Shown here: positions 35,001 through 46,947 of the stretch, one piece after another
Numbering within the stretch: the first letter of the stretch is position 1
How the letters are laid out: every line of letters starts with the position of its first letter
From: Takakia lepidozioides
Taxonomy: Eukaryota > Plantae > Bryophyta
Assembly (NCBI GenBank): GCA_030704615.1
Contig: CM060731.1
Span: 44,082,001-44,146,000, forward strand
Reading direction: 5' to 3'
Length of the DNA: 64,000 nucleotides
The notes under the pieces: generated by a model
What the model saw: only the letters and a program-made list of their open reading frames with translations
Database searches by the model: none
Told to the model about the DNA's origin: nothing
Translations under genes and position numbers: made by a program

Positions 35001-38000
35001 GTAAAGCACAGTGAAATTTCTAGTCAGGCCGGAAAAAGCCCCTTGCCATAGCAAGCCTTCAGTCACGCTGAGGCTTTGAACGAGCTTCTAGCTACAGCAA
35101 TTTTTCTCTTCCCTTTTACCAGCTCTCTCCCTCTGCATCCACCCTGTATATTGAGACCAAGTGACTTGTACATGGATGAGTCATTGAACAAAACACAGCT
35201 AAAGAGTTGTGTGTTATAGTGTTGAAATGGCATCTCTTTGTCAATACCATAGCAATCACCATGGCAGCTCTGAGCTTTTAAATACCAGGTACATGAAGGA
35301 TGGATTCTACAGGGGACCATGGTCACAAAAGAATATACAAGCCACAATATGGTAGCTGAGTCTGTCTGTCTGTCTCTCTGTGTCCCACAAACTCACACAC
35401 GCATTCAAACAAGACATTCACTCACAGTTTCAAAAGCATTACAAGCAAAAATGTGAAGAGTTATTTGAAACACACAGGCTACAGACTCCAGGAGTTGCCG
35501 ACCGAAATCGCAGACGAGATCAACAGCAAATGGTCGATAGTTGTTTTTCCGGAGAAAGTCATACAAGCTTGGCCCCAACCGCTCACAGACCTGCAAGCAG
35601 ATTACTTAACTCTTTTGTGTAGCAATGTTTTACATTGTCAAACACTCAAAGTATGTCTCGAGACATTTTCCACTCACTAACCCTGTGGTTAACTCCACCT
35701 GGTGCTTGACAGACCTTTCTGTTGAACTAACTAGTACTCAAACTAACTACCAAAGCTGCCTTCCACAAATACTCCATCAGACATTGGCTCCTGCATGCAA
35801 GCAAGGCTTTCACTGGCATCTTGCAGGGCAGTTCGGCAAGCCCATTGTGGTGCTTGACAATGACAAATTTGTGACTACAGTCCTGCCGTAAAGTTTTGGC
35901 AGTGACTCTATGTGAAGTAATGACACTAAACTGTCTATGAGTACCTGATGATTGGCTGTCAGAGAAAGAAATAGGATCAGGGACATACAATGCACACATG
36001 GTTGCGAAAGTCAAACCAGTCCTTGAGCAGCACACAGCGCCTGCATCCCCACAGAATTCCATCAAAAACTGAGTAACTGTCATCCTTCGGTTCACACCAG
36101 CCTCAAATGGACCTGAATATATGTTATCTTATACATGACAATACTGGAAGTCAGCCAGACAAAAGAAGACAGCCAGGCAAGGTAAAAATATAGACTAAAC
36201 TAGGACATTTGTTCACTACACAGAGAAACGGTATCAGCATTTCCACTCCCATTGAGGTCCTCAATAGAGAAGGACAACAAACCGTGAGCCTGTCTTATCA
36301 TTCTTGGCAAGAGTGCGTAGCACATCGATTTCAATCATGGCCGCATCCCGATACTTCTGCACATTCCGGATCACCTTGATGGCCACATACTCCTGCACAT
36401 CCCTATCCCAGCACTCCAGCACCCGCCCAAATGTTCCTGCACATACCATTTCTGATAGTTACTACCTACTCTAGACGAGGAACGACTTGAGCTGGGCACA
36501 TCCACTTCCAGTGAGCCTATGGTTTGTTGCAGCACATCCATCGGAATTCTGAAACAAACCTCTTAACTGAGGTCCATCATTGACCTAGCAAGGCCAATCC
36601 TATACAAAAGGCAGACACCTGCAGTCCATTCTTATAGGGCGTCACCAAATACAAACCTACAGCAAGATACCCTGAAGTGACAGATTGTAAAAGATATAGA
36701 AGATTTTTACGTCCCTTAACACAGCTGACATGTGTGGTATATCAGACAGCCATACACTCCCAAAAACAGATTCAATCCTCCATAGATAGTCACTATTTCT
36801 CACCAAAGCTGAGAAGAAACGGGGTCAAAACCTCTGAATACAGCACAGTCACATCCCAACTTCTGATAAAAACAGAGCAATACATCACTATGCACACAGA
36901 AAGGAGGAAGAAAAGGAAGAAGGACAGCACACCTTCACCCATCTTGCTAATGATTTTGTCTGCAGGATCACACCCCACAACACAGCCACCACGACACAAC
37001 GTGGTCAGGGAAGGGTGTCAGTCTCTGCCTCTACACCCCCACCTCCCAGCTGTCCATCCTCAACTGTTGCCCAGCCAACCAGACTGACCCACTGACTCTT
37101 GACATAGGGCGCTGAGGAAGCTTAGTGGCTCCTAATCCCTCCTCACAAAGAATCTGCGCCTCCACCTTCAGGATAGGGAAGGCAAGAGCTCTCACCGCCA
37201 ACTCTTTGCAACCGCATGCTTTTTACCTCACCCCACATAGAAAGCTAAGGAAGGACCAAGCCGGAAGTCACGAATGGCTAAACCGTGGGGAGACTAAGAC
37301 CAGGGTTAGCAAGTATGATTACAGCGAGAAGTAATATTCTCTCCCAGCTCAAACATGTAGTGCCCATCTTTGTCATCTTCACGCCAAGGAGGGGAGGCAG
37401 CCCTGCCAGCTCCATTGAAGTATGTAGGCACCCCCCCTGCCCCTGCTGTTGCTGCAGGCACACCCCTTGCCACCCCCAGCTGCTCGTCTTGCCCACTAGA
37501 AGTTGCTGGCTGCGCCTACACAAAGCCCGCGAGAGTCATCATAACTTCCCACCGTGAACAAGTTCGCCTCCCTCCCACCCTCTGTGCCACATCCTTTGTG
37601 GTAAAGTCCGCCAAGGCTTAGTCCAACGACTTGCAAACTTTCCGTCTCTCCCAACTCTGTCTGTCTGTCTCTAACCCACACCACTACACCGCAGCTATCC
37701 GATGCAAGCACATCCGGGTTAGGCAATGCTCCAGACAGGCTAAGAATAGCCTGCAACAACGCCCTATCGACGGTGCTGCACGGACTGCATCCAGCAAAAG
37801 AAACCCTACAACCATCCCCTACCATCCGCTCTTCTCTCTCTCCCACTGTATGCCTCTCTGGTCCGTCAAAGTTCGGGATCAGCTCTAAGGACACAAACTC
37901 CTGCCCATCGGCGTATATAAATCTTAAAACAGTCTAGACATCTGCATGACAGACATACAAAACCTGACACGGGAAGCCAACAAAAATGAAAGGAGATGTG

Positions 38001-38098
38001 TGACCAACCTCTTCAAAGCCATCACCCCGATCGAAGTCCTCTAGCAATGTCAGACGGGCACGCTTCTCCGGCCTTGTGTCATACATCATCCGATCCAT
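32047..38098 (-). CDS. LAMMER (CLK-family) Ser/Thr kinase, AFC-like; multi-exon
   Basis: Exonic motifs [136 protein letters not shown]; stop at 32047-32049. The start Met (38098) is inferred. Confidence 0.92.
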
Positions 38099-38861
38099 GG
38101 CTGCTAATCCTCGCCGCCTACACCTCACAAGCTCCTAAAACCACACCCAAATGTCGAAACCCTACCAAAGAAAACATTTTCCCCCGCAATAAACTCCACG
38201 CGGATATGGCTGCCCTGTGTTCTGGTTGTGGCACCTGCCTTGTAACCTCGTCATATCTTCTGCTACCACAGGAACATGTAGTCTATCAGAAAGATTCACC
38301 TTTGAAGCTCTTCGATTCCCAGAAACATAAGTTAACCTTCGTGCCCTGGAAACAGGCCATTCACACATACAGAAAAATCCACAGATTACCGCCCAAGAAT
38401 CTGACACTGGAATGCAGCGCTCTCAAGGAAAACGCCCCACTGGGGCTCAACATTATTTCTCGGGAACACCACAGAATAAGTATATCTTTGTCATTGATTA
38501 CTCACCCCCATGCAGAGGTAACCTACACAAGTCCATTGTAAGAAACACAGATCGAACACAAGCCCCTGTAATCCTCGATCGAATACCCGCACAATCTCGA
38601 TTTCGGGTGGACCGATGAATCGAGAGAGACGAAGCGATGGCCATCATGGCATGCATGCATGCATGCGGGCGACTATGATGCAAGGGGGCCGACGGACGAA
38701 CTTTTACCAACGACGTTTTTGAAATGTCTGTAGCAACGGTCATTTTCATCCCCGCCGACGACAGCCATTCGACGAACGAACTCCGTTGCGGCATCCTCGA
38801 CCTGTGCTACTTTTTTATTCGTGTGGAAACAGTCTGCCACACTCTGGTCGTTGGTTAACTT

Positions 38862-39147
38862 CTACCACCCACAGAGTTAGCCCTATGTGGTTTTCCTAAA
38901 GTAATTTGCAATCAAATATTGATTAAATAAGAAGGGCACAAGAAAATTCAAACTTCTACCACCCACAGAGTTAACCCTATGTGGTTAACTCTGATCTGTT
39001 TTCCTAAAGTAATTTGCAATCAAATATTGTTTAAATAAGAAGGGCACAAGAAAATTCAAACTGCTACCACCCACAGAGTTAACCCTATGTGGTTAACTCT
39101 GATCTGTTTTCCTAAAGTTATTTGCAATCAAATATTGTTTAAATAAA
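38862..39147. repeat. Tandem repeat (~90-110 bp, 3 copies) upstream of the kinase gene
   Basis: Unit CTACCACCCACAGAGTTAACCCTATGTGGTTAACTCTGATCTGTTTTCCTAAAGT..TTGCAATCAAATATTG.TTAAATAA, with internal inverted repeat CAGAGTTAACC/GGTTAACTCTG. Confidence 0.9.
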
Positions 39148-40065
39148 AATTTAAGAGTGTGTGCAAGAAAATATGCTGAATTTTCTTGTGCACTGTTGGC
39201 CGAGTATCACATTTTGACTCATATGGCACCGGTCTAATCTTTGAAAAAGTGAATGGTCGAGGCAGAATATAGTACAATATACTTCAAAAATTGCCCAATT
39301 ACATATTCTCAATAAAAGTTTATGGAAAAAAAAGTCTTGCGGTTCTCACTCTCCAAGTTATTTCAGCTTCACAAAAACCAATATCATACTTTTGAACATT
39401 GAAACGGAAACTCTCTTATAGCAAGACTTGGAGCATGCCTTGCATCTTACTTTTGATATTGTAGTAGTTCAGTTTACTGTCAAGTTGCTTCTCCTTGCTT
39501 ACACATTGACAAAAACAATAGTATCTTCAAAAGTATGATTTGTACAGAGATTCCAAGAATCCACATTCCATATCCAAGAAAGACTTGGACATTTTACATA
39601 CACCCTAGCTTGAACAAGACAAGCAGTCAGTTCTGCCTCATACCAACAATGACAATCAATTTTTTTTCAACAAGGGCAACTAGCTACAAATCACAGAAAC
39701 AAGATGATATGTTGGAGTATTTGTGGATTTGAGAAGCCCAGAAAGTGGTGGATCTTATTGCTGTTAGTCAAAAGAATCTCAGATCAAGTGTGAGAATGTT
39801 GGGAACCAGGGCACTCGTCTTGCATTAGGTTATAATTGGCTTAGTGTAGCAATATGCATCACCATTTCAAACAATGTATGTGACAACATCAAGAGCCATG
39901 AAAAGCTGGAGAATGGAAGAGAATGGACTGTTGAGCTCAAAAATCCAAAGAAGTCATAAAATGAGAAAGGTAAAAGAGATGAGGAGATAGAAGATAGGAA
40001 ATGTCAATGTTTGATAGCTGAGACTTCACTCACTACATGCATGATGTTAGAGCTTATGCGATGAT

Positions 40066-40398
40066 GATCTTATCCAGAATTACAGCCTTTCTTTAGAAGA
40101 AAATCTTAGCAGTATTGTGGTTGGAAGTGGTTTGAGGTTTTTCGTCTTGCATTAGGATACTGAACTTAATTGGCTTAGTGTAGCAAGCCGAAGATCTTAT
40201 CCAGAATTAGAGCCTTTCTTTAGAAGAAAATCTTAGCAGTATTGTGGTTGGAAGTGGTTTGAGGTTTTTCGTCTTGCATTAGGATACTGAACTTAATTGG
40301 CTTAGTGTAGCAAGCCGAAGATCTTATCCAGAATTAGAGCCTTTCTTTAGAAGAAAATCTTAGCAGTACTTTGGCTGGAAGTGGTTTGAGGTTTTTCC
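40066..40398. repeat. Tandem repeat (~127 bp, about 2.6 copies)
   Basis: GATCTTATCCAGAATTA.AGCCTTTCTTTAGAAGAAAATCTTAGCAGTA...GGAAGTGGTTTGAGGTTTTTC at 40066, 40192 and 40320. Confidence 0.9.
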
Positions 40399-41339
40399 AG
40401 TTTGGTCTGGTAGTCTATTTTGAAATGTACCAACGTCAGCGAGGTTGAACCATCTAGAGGTGGGTTGTGGTTGAAAAAGTATGTGGAATTGCCAAACTAC
40501 TTGAGATGTGACCATGTATCTATTTGGGAGGGGGTAGGGCATTGCACATTCTCCAATGTTTGTTATGATATTGTAATGGTCAAAATAAATTACGTCATTT
40601 GCTATGTTGTCTATATCGAAATTGGAGAAATTGGAAAGTTTGTCTCATCTGTACATCAATTATAGCGTTGGATTACTAGAAGTAGTTCGAAAAGCTTAAA
40701 AATAAATAAGTAAATAATTTGAGAATTTGAGATTTATTTATGCTAACTTTGATAGTTGTCATTTCTTTATAATGAATTCTCTAACAAGAAAGAAGGATCA
40801 AGTGTGACTTGTTCATATGACTATGCAAGAGATGCACAGAGGTAATTTAAGAGCAATGATAGACAAATGGACCAAACTTTGCAATTGACTACAATAGACG
40901 TATATCTGAAACAAGAGCTTCAAGCACAGATGATCACCTGTAATATCATATCTAAATATCGGAATTGATATATTTTATTAATATATCATAATGATCCCTA
41001 ATATTCAAATAAATTTTATTTTTTTCAGATTTTTTCTGATAGGATAAGCTTACATATATTTTTTTAATTTACTAAGAGAAAGATTTTGGCTGAAGCCAAC
41101 ATAAATAAGAGACATTTTTTGGACAAACCAGATATTGTCTGGCCATATTATTATACTAAATGATTATAATCATTGATGCAATAATTATAAATAAATAAAC
41201 ATGAATATTAACTTTTCGGCAAACTGATGGAAATTCTATCGAGGTTTCCAACTTTGAGGTTCTATCACTCATGTATTGTCAATCTGATGACTAATTGTTA
41301 TTCTGTAATTCATCCATGAGATGAAGTCTGTCACTATGA

Positions 41340-41441
41340 GCACTGAGTGCCACCTAAGTGTGGTTGAATTCAAATCCTCCTACCTAGTTTGTGTGGTATA
41401 ATCTTTTTCCTCTTTGTATTTGGCACTTTACGGCAAGGTCA
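41340..41441 (+). mobile_element. Degenerate relative of the tRNA-derived SINE at 43964
   Basis: Shares GCACTGAGTGCCA, CAAATCCT.CTAC, GTGTGGTA and TTACGGC.AGGT in the same order. Confidence 0.5.
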
Positions 41442-43963
41442 GAATTTTCATGAATATTGCCACATAGTCATATGTTGGATGTCACCCATTATAGGCATCT
41501 AAAAGCAGATCTCGAGATCAACCAGCATGTCATGTTGAGCCATAGGTAAGCCAATTTGTGACACGATAACGGAGGAATTGGTAGCTATAAGAACAAAGGT
41601 TGGGGAGGTGCTGAAGGAGATGGCCAGTAGGATTTTGGGAGGTGACAAGGGAGACCAGGGGGACTAGATGGCGAAGGTAAGTAGCGTCTCCAATGGAGAT
41701 GGCAAAGGTAAAAAATTAGATTGTTTGATTTGATGAGATGAGTGCTATGACTCAATTTATGACAATGTTCATTGGAGTCATGAGCATACTAGACAAGAGA
41801 TTGTTCTTCCAATTGTTAGTTGAAGCTTGGTAGAGTGCAATGCAGTTACGTATGCTTTCACCAACGACGGACCCAAGAAAATCTGAATTTATTAAAGTCA
41901 ATGTATTATAGTCATTTTAGTATCAGATGGGGGGGGGTTATTTTTAGAGCATGGGCACTCATTAAGTTAAGTTGTCTGCTAGACCATTCAAAAATGAGTA
42001 CTTGATATTGAAATAAATTTTTGTCTTTCGACTAGAAATGATTATCAATTAAAAATTGATTACCTCTCTTTTCTAAACAAACAAATTTGTATTTGATTCC
42101 TCGTGTGGACCGATAACACAATTTTTTTTCCGGATATATGTTCAATTTTTCTTATTTACATCAATCACATGCAATATGAAATCATACACTAATTTAAGTA
42201 GTCAAGGGATCAGTACACTTATGGTATGAAATATTTTTCATATACATCCAATAGAATTACTACAGGGTTTTCTCACTGGCACACCCCAAAATTTTGATGG
42301 CCATATATGTTGAATTATTTGTTCAAAGTGATTTGAAATAGAAACTACTGATAAATGAAACTGAACAACACAAGTAGCATCAAGTCATGTTTGCTCTTAC
42401 AGTTGAGTAATGTCTTCACATATTGTCTTGCATAACAATCTCCACAAGCAAGGCTACACTCCCCCCACATACACAAGCAAATCAATCTCCTATGTCGACT
42501 TGATTGTAGAATTGCAGTATAATTACAAATTCTCATCATTTTGTTAATGATCACAACTTTGTGTATGCTACGTTATAGATATGGAGTGACATTAGACATT
42601 GACAGCGCAAACATGTAGATGTGTACCTTGAAAGTTGTTGTCAAATTGCACTCAATTTGTAGATATTTGCCCCAATACAATTTCCTACCCTTGGATTATG
42701 TTAATCTGTACATGTAAGTTTTTTGGAATGTGCCCTCTCCCAATGCATTTGGACGTAATCCACGCTGCATAGAAAATTTTCGAGCGGGCGTCATGTTCTA
42801 GGATTGTTTTGGATTTCCTCGAGTTGGCCCTTGTCCGAGCATGCCTCTCAAATCCAAGAAAGTAAAGGGGTGGAAATTTAACCACTTATAAAATGTGCTC
42901 CCAAAAAAAAATCAGCAGAAACCTTGTATTATTCGAAACCAACATAACTTTTTGCCAAAATATACTATTCGGATTTTTTTTTTGTTCTATTAAATTGTTA
43001 CAATATTTAAACTTACTGCAAAAAATTATGAACTCTCTTGAGATGGTTAGCTTACCAAAGTAATTAATAATCTTGGTATACGGTCAATTTTCATGGATCT
43101 GAACTTTCTTTGCGTTACGGACCTTTTTGTGGCTGAATTTTGGTTGTTTGCATTTTCACAAAAATATGATTGCGACAATAGGGGGTAAAGGTCTAATGTG
43201 GAAACATTCGTGGAGATAGAAAGAAAGCACTCTTGCCAAAGTAGACATAATATATGATATTACTTCATCCCAAATGGCTACTGCCTTCTGTTTGGAAGAC
43301 AGACACATGATCGTAACTGGGGCAACCCGGTTGCCCGTTAAACCTCCCCCCAAGGACTCGAAAGTTCTCAAGTACCCACACATGACAGTAGCAGCTGTTG
43401 TCAGGCCCACGCAACTACAGCCCACCTCCAGGCCCATTCCTCCATGGAGAATGGGAGGAGGTAACCACATTGTTGAAGGGCCAAAACATTGTTGATCTGC
43501 ATCAACCCAGATATATAACAATCTAGAGACTATGAGAATTCAGAAAAAGATAGGCCATCACGCAAGTTGTTTGAAATATATAAAGAAAAGTATGCACTAC
43601 ATCCATGATATGACATAAATTCACTGGTCGTCTCAATCTTTTAGGCTAACAATGGCCTAAATCAATATTGTGATTTTCATTAATTTCTCTCTCGTCAAAT
43701 TTTACATATTGGCCATCTCTATCACATGAAAGCTCGACGCCACTGTTACGCATGAAGTTACATAATTATAATTACCCGACATAGATGCAGAAATTTCTAG
43801 TAGCAATTAAGAAAACAAAAAGATGTATTGAAGAAGTAGTGGACCATAATAGGAGGCCACATTAGTCAATTTGTCGCATGATACATCCCCATAGTTCTTC
43901 TATAGTCATAGCATGTTGAGCTAGCATCGCAATGTTTGTTGTACAAACAATTGATAACCAACA

Positions 43964-44200
43964 GTCAGTAGCTCAGTTGGTAAAGTGCACTGAGTGCCAT
44001 CCGGATGACCCTGGGTCAAATCCTGCTACTTGACGGGTGTGGTACGCTCTTCTCCCCCTCCTCTGCGCAGTGTCGCATCAGAAAGCCTTACGGCGAGGTT
44101 ACTGAGAGGTTATTTTCTCCTCTCTCTATCAAGGGGCCTGATTTGTGGCTGTCGCTCCTGGGTGTTTCCCTTTGAAAAATAAAAATAAAAATAAAAATAA
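43964..44200 (+). mobile_element. tRNA-derived SINE
   Basis: A-box TAGCTCAGTTGG and B-box-like GGTCAAATCC. Acceptor-like stem GTCAGTAG/CTACTTGAC, an unrelated body and an (AAAAAT)n tail. Imperfect TSD AATTGAT(-A/TG)ACC. Confidence 0.75.
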
Positions 44201-44705
44201 TTGATTGACCTATGCTTTTATCCAATTTATGAAGAAGTAATAGATCACTTCATTAGTTGTATTGGCACAAGTGCTGAATACAAATCTTCTTGAAGTGCGG
44301 ATCTTAGAAGATATTAAAATTCTTCGACCACTTCACCCTCAAGTAATCCAACAAGGCGGCAAGTGATGTATCAAATTAGCACTAAGCAAATAATCAATCA
44401 ATGATTTCAAATCGAATGCAAAACAATCGTGCCTAAGTGTCAAACATTTAATGTCTATATAAGATGCATTTACGTTTCTATATGATATAATTGTCCGCCT
44501 TTGCATTTGACCTGATGGAAGAATGGACAAAGAAAGTCAACAAGCTGATCCTTCACCTGTCCTTTGGAGTACATATGTTCAATGGTCTCGTCCGTAAGAA
44601 CATGAGTAATCTTTTTACAAGATGGGTCATTGCTCATATGTGCAGGTAGGATGAGGGAACATCATTGCTGATACCTACGAGTTGCAAGTAAATCCCATGT
44701 AGAGG

Positions 44706-45860
44706 GCCAAGTGTCCACTGTCATCTAAGCCCAAGTGCAATCTCCTATGTACCCAAGTGTGTCTCCTATGTATCCAAGGGCATCTCCCATGTGTGTCTTC
44801 TATGTCGAGGCCCATCTAAGCCCACTATGCAATCTCCTATGTATCCAAGTACGTCTCCGATGTCAAGGCCCCATTTATTTTTTCCATGGATTTATTGAGT
44901 AGTAATATATCCAATCATTGTTGACATATCTCCTGTCGAGGCTCCAATCATTGTCTGAGGAAAGCCTTGTGATTTTTCACGATTTTCCAGCGACCAAAAG
45001 TACTTGAAATTCCACATCTCCCACATCGCATGTCCAAAAATCGTGAGACCAAGCCGGTGCACCCCTCCTTGTCGAGGGCTTTCCAACGGTACTAAGCACC
45101 AGCGGTGGGCCCGTAGTTTGGGACATCTCAACGCTACAAAACAACCAAACAAACTGGCTTGCTTTATATATTGATTAGGGTAGCCTGTGCTGTTGGCCCA
45201 AGTGTCCAGTGTAAGTCCAAGTGCAATCCCCTATGTATCTAAGTCCAAGTGCAATCCCCTATGTATGCGTCTCCTATGTCGAGGCCCAAGTGCGTCCTCT
45301 AGGGTAGCCTGAGTCCAAGTGCAATCCCCTATGTATCCAAATGCATCTCCTATGTCCAAACGCAAGTGCGACCTCTAGGGTAGCCTATGCCATTAGCCCA
45401 TGTGTGAAGAATTGAAATTTGAGCCCAAGTGCAATCTCCTATGTATCCAAGTGCTTCTCCCATGTAGAGGCCAAGTGCGACCTTGACTCTCCAGTGTCAT
45501 CTAAGTCCAAGTGCAATCCCCTATGCATCCATAGATACTGCAGTTTGGGAGAACTCCACGTCATTGTTCCAACAAAGCCCGTGTCGAGGCTTCGTATATT
45601 GATATATCCACTTTGCTATTTTTCAAGAATTTTCAGCGACCAAAAGTACTTGAAATTCCAAATCTCCCACGTGAAGGGCCAATCATTGCTCCAGGAAAGC
45701 CCACTTTGCTATTTTTCCCGAATTTCCAACGACCTAAAGTACTTGAAATTAGATATCTCCCATACCGCGGGTGCACCCCTCCTCATCGAGGGCTTTACAA
45801 CGGCACCAAGCACCGGGGCTGGGCCCTCTCGATTCACATTGTCCTAATCAAAGTTCAAAC
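44706..45860. repeat. Repeat-rich element: CCAAGTGCAATC(C/T)CCTATGTATC units plus duplicated CGACCAAAAGTACTTGAAATT / TCGAGGGCTTT.CAACGG blocks
   Basis: Multiple direct copies at 44731-44850 and 45218-45530. Blocks recur at about 44975-45100, 45615-45670 and 45705-45825. Confidence 0.7.
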
Positions 45861-46947
45861 TCTACAAGTTACTCACATATTGATCTTGTCCTAATCAAAC
45901 TTCAAACTCTACAAGTTACTGCTTAAAACTAACTTCGGCCATTTAAAAAAATAAAAACTTATGCCACATAGCTTTATAAAAAGACCCAAGTGGGGTGACT
46001 GAACAAATGGGTAAAACTGTTCCCAAGAGGGAAAACAAAATCTCATAGAGCTAGTAGATATATCAACAAAATTAACTTCTGCCATTGGGTTTTCAGTTTA
46101 TAGTGATCCAACTACTGTGGGTTGTCTATGTGCAAGATCACTACGCATGAGAAAACTGAAAGATTCAAGACACCATGAAATAGAATATGACGAGGGGTGT
46201 GTGGGCTCCTGTAACAAAGATATAAGTTCCCACATATAACTAAAAAGGAACCACACCACCATGCACACCATTCGCAGGGACTAGGGATGTGGTGGCATTG
46301 AGTGCCCAGATGAAAGAATGTGTCACATTTGCATATTACAGAGCTAATACATGCTGCGCATCTGCCCACCAACCTTGCATAAGTATGCAGGAGATAGACG
46401 GAAGGAGGAAGGGAGGGAGGGAGAGATATCATGGACTGTTCTCTGCTAAAACTATCTGTAACATAGGCTTAAGGGCATAGTCCCCATAGGACACAAACCC
46501 TTCCTCTGCCCATTGTGGGATTGTAGTCCACTGAGCTAAGACTCGTCCCTACATGCCCTAGTGTTTGAGTACAAACAAGAACAATCCAGTTACAAGGAAT
46601 TGAGTGCCTGTTGTACGAGCTGGTTTCCACGTCATGCTCGTAAACACTATGTCCATGCCAGCGCTGCTGTAGACCTAATTAAGCCACAGAAAATGGCAGG
46701 GGAAAACATCCGTTTCTCCTTGCCTTGTATAATTTCTGTGCTAAAATTTTCTCCCTACTAGAGTTGATTAAACCTACTACAGCAGTTAAATTCCCTATGT
46801 AGCCCAAAGGAGGGTTAAGGGCTAACTTCCTCTCGATGTGGCCATTTGGTCATTCTTGACAGACATGTGGCAACATAAGCTATGTTTCATATGCGACTAT
46901 GTACGCCTGATAGCATGGCTGCAAGGCTGAAAACCAAAGTACACCTT

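Noticed and set aside
39200-43560. Protein-coding gene in the AT-rich interval (ORFs 42685-42885 and 43156-43521)
   Set aside because: There are only short exon-like pieces with stops and no recognisable family. It is probably decayed transposon sequence.
43964-44035. Functional tRNA gene
   Set aside because: The T-loop is non-canonical (GGTCAAATC) and the stems are imperfect. It is followed by a SINE body and A-rich tail rather than a poly-T terminator.
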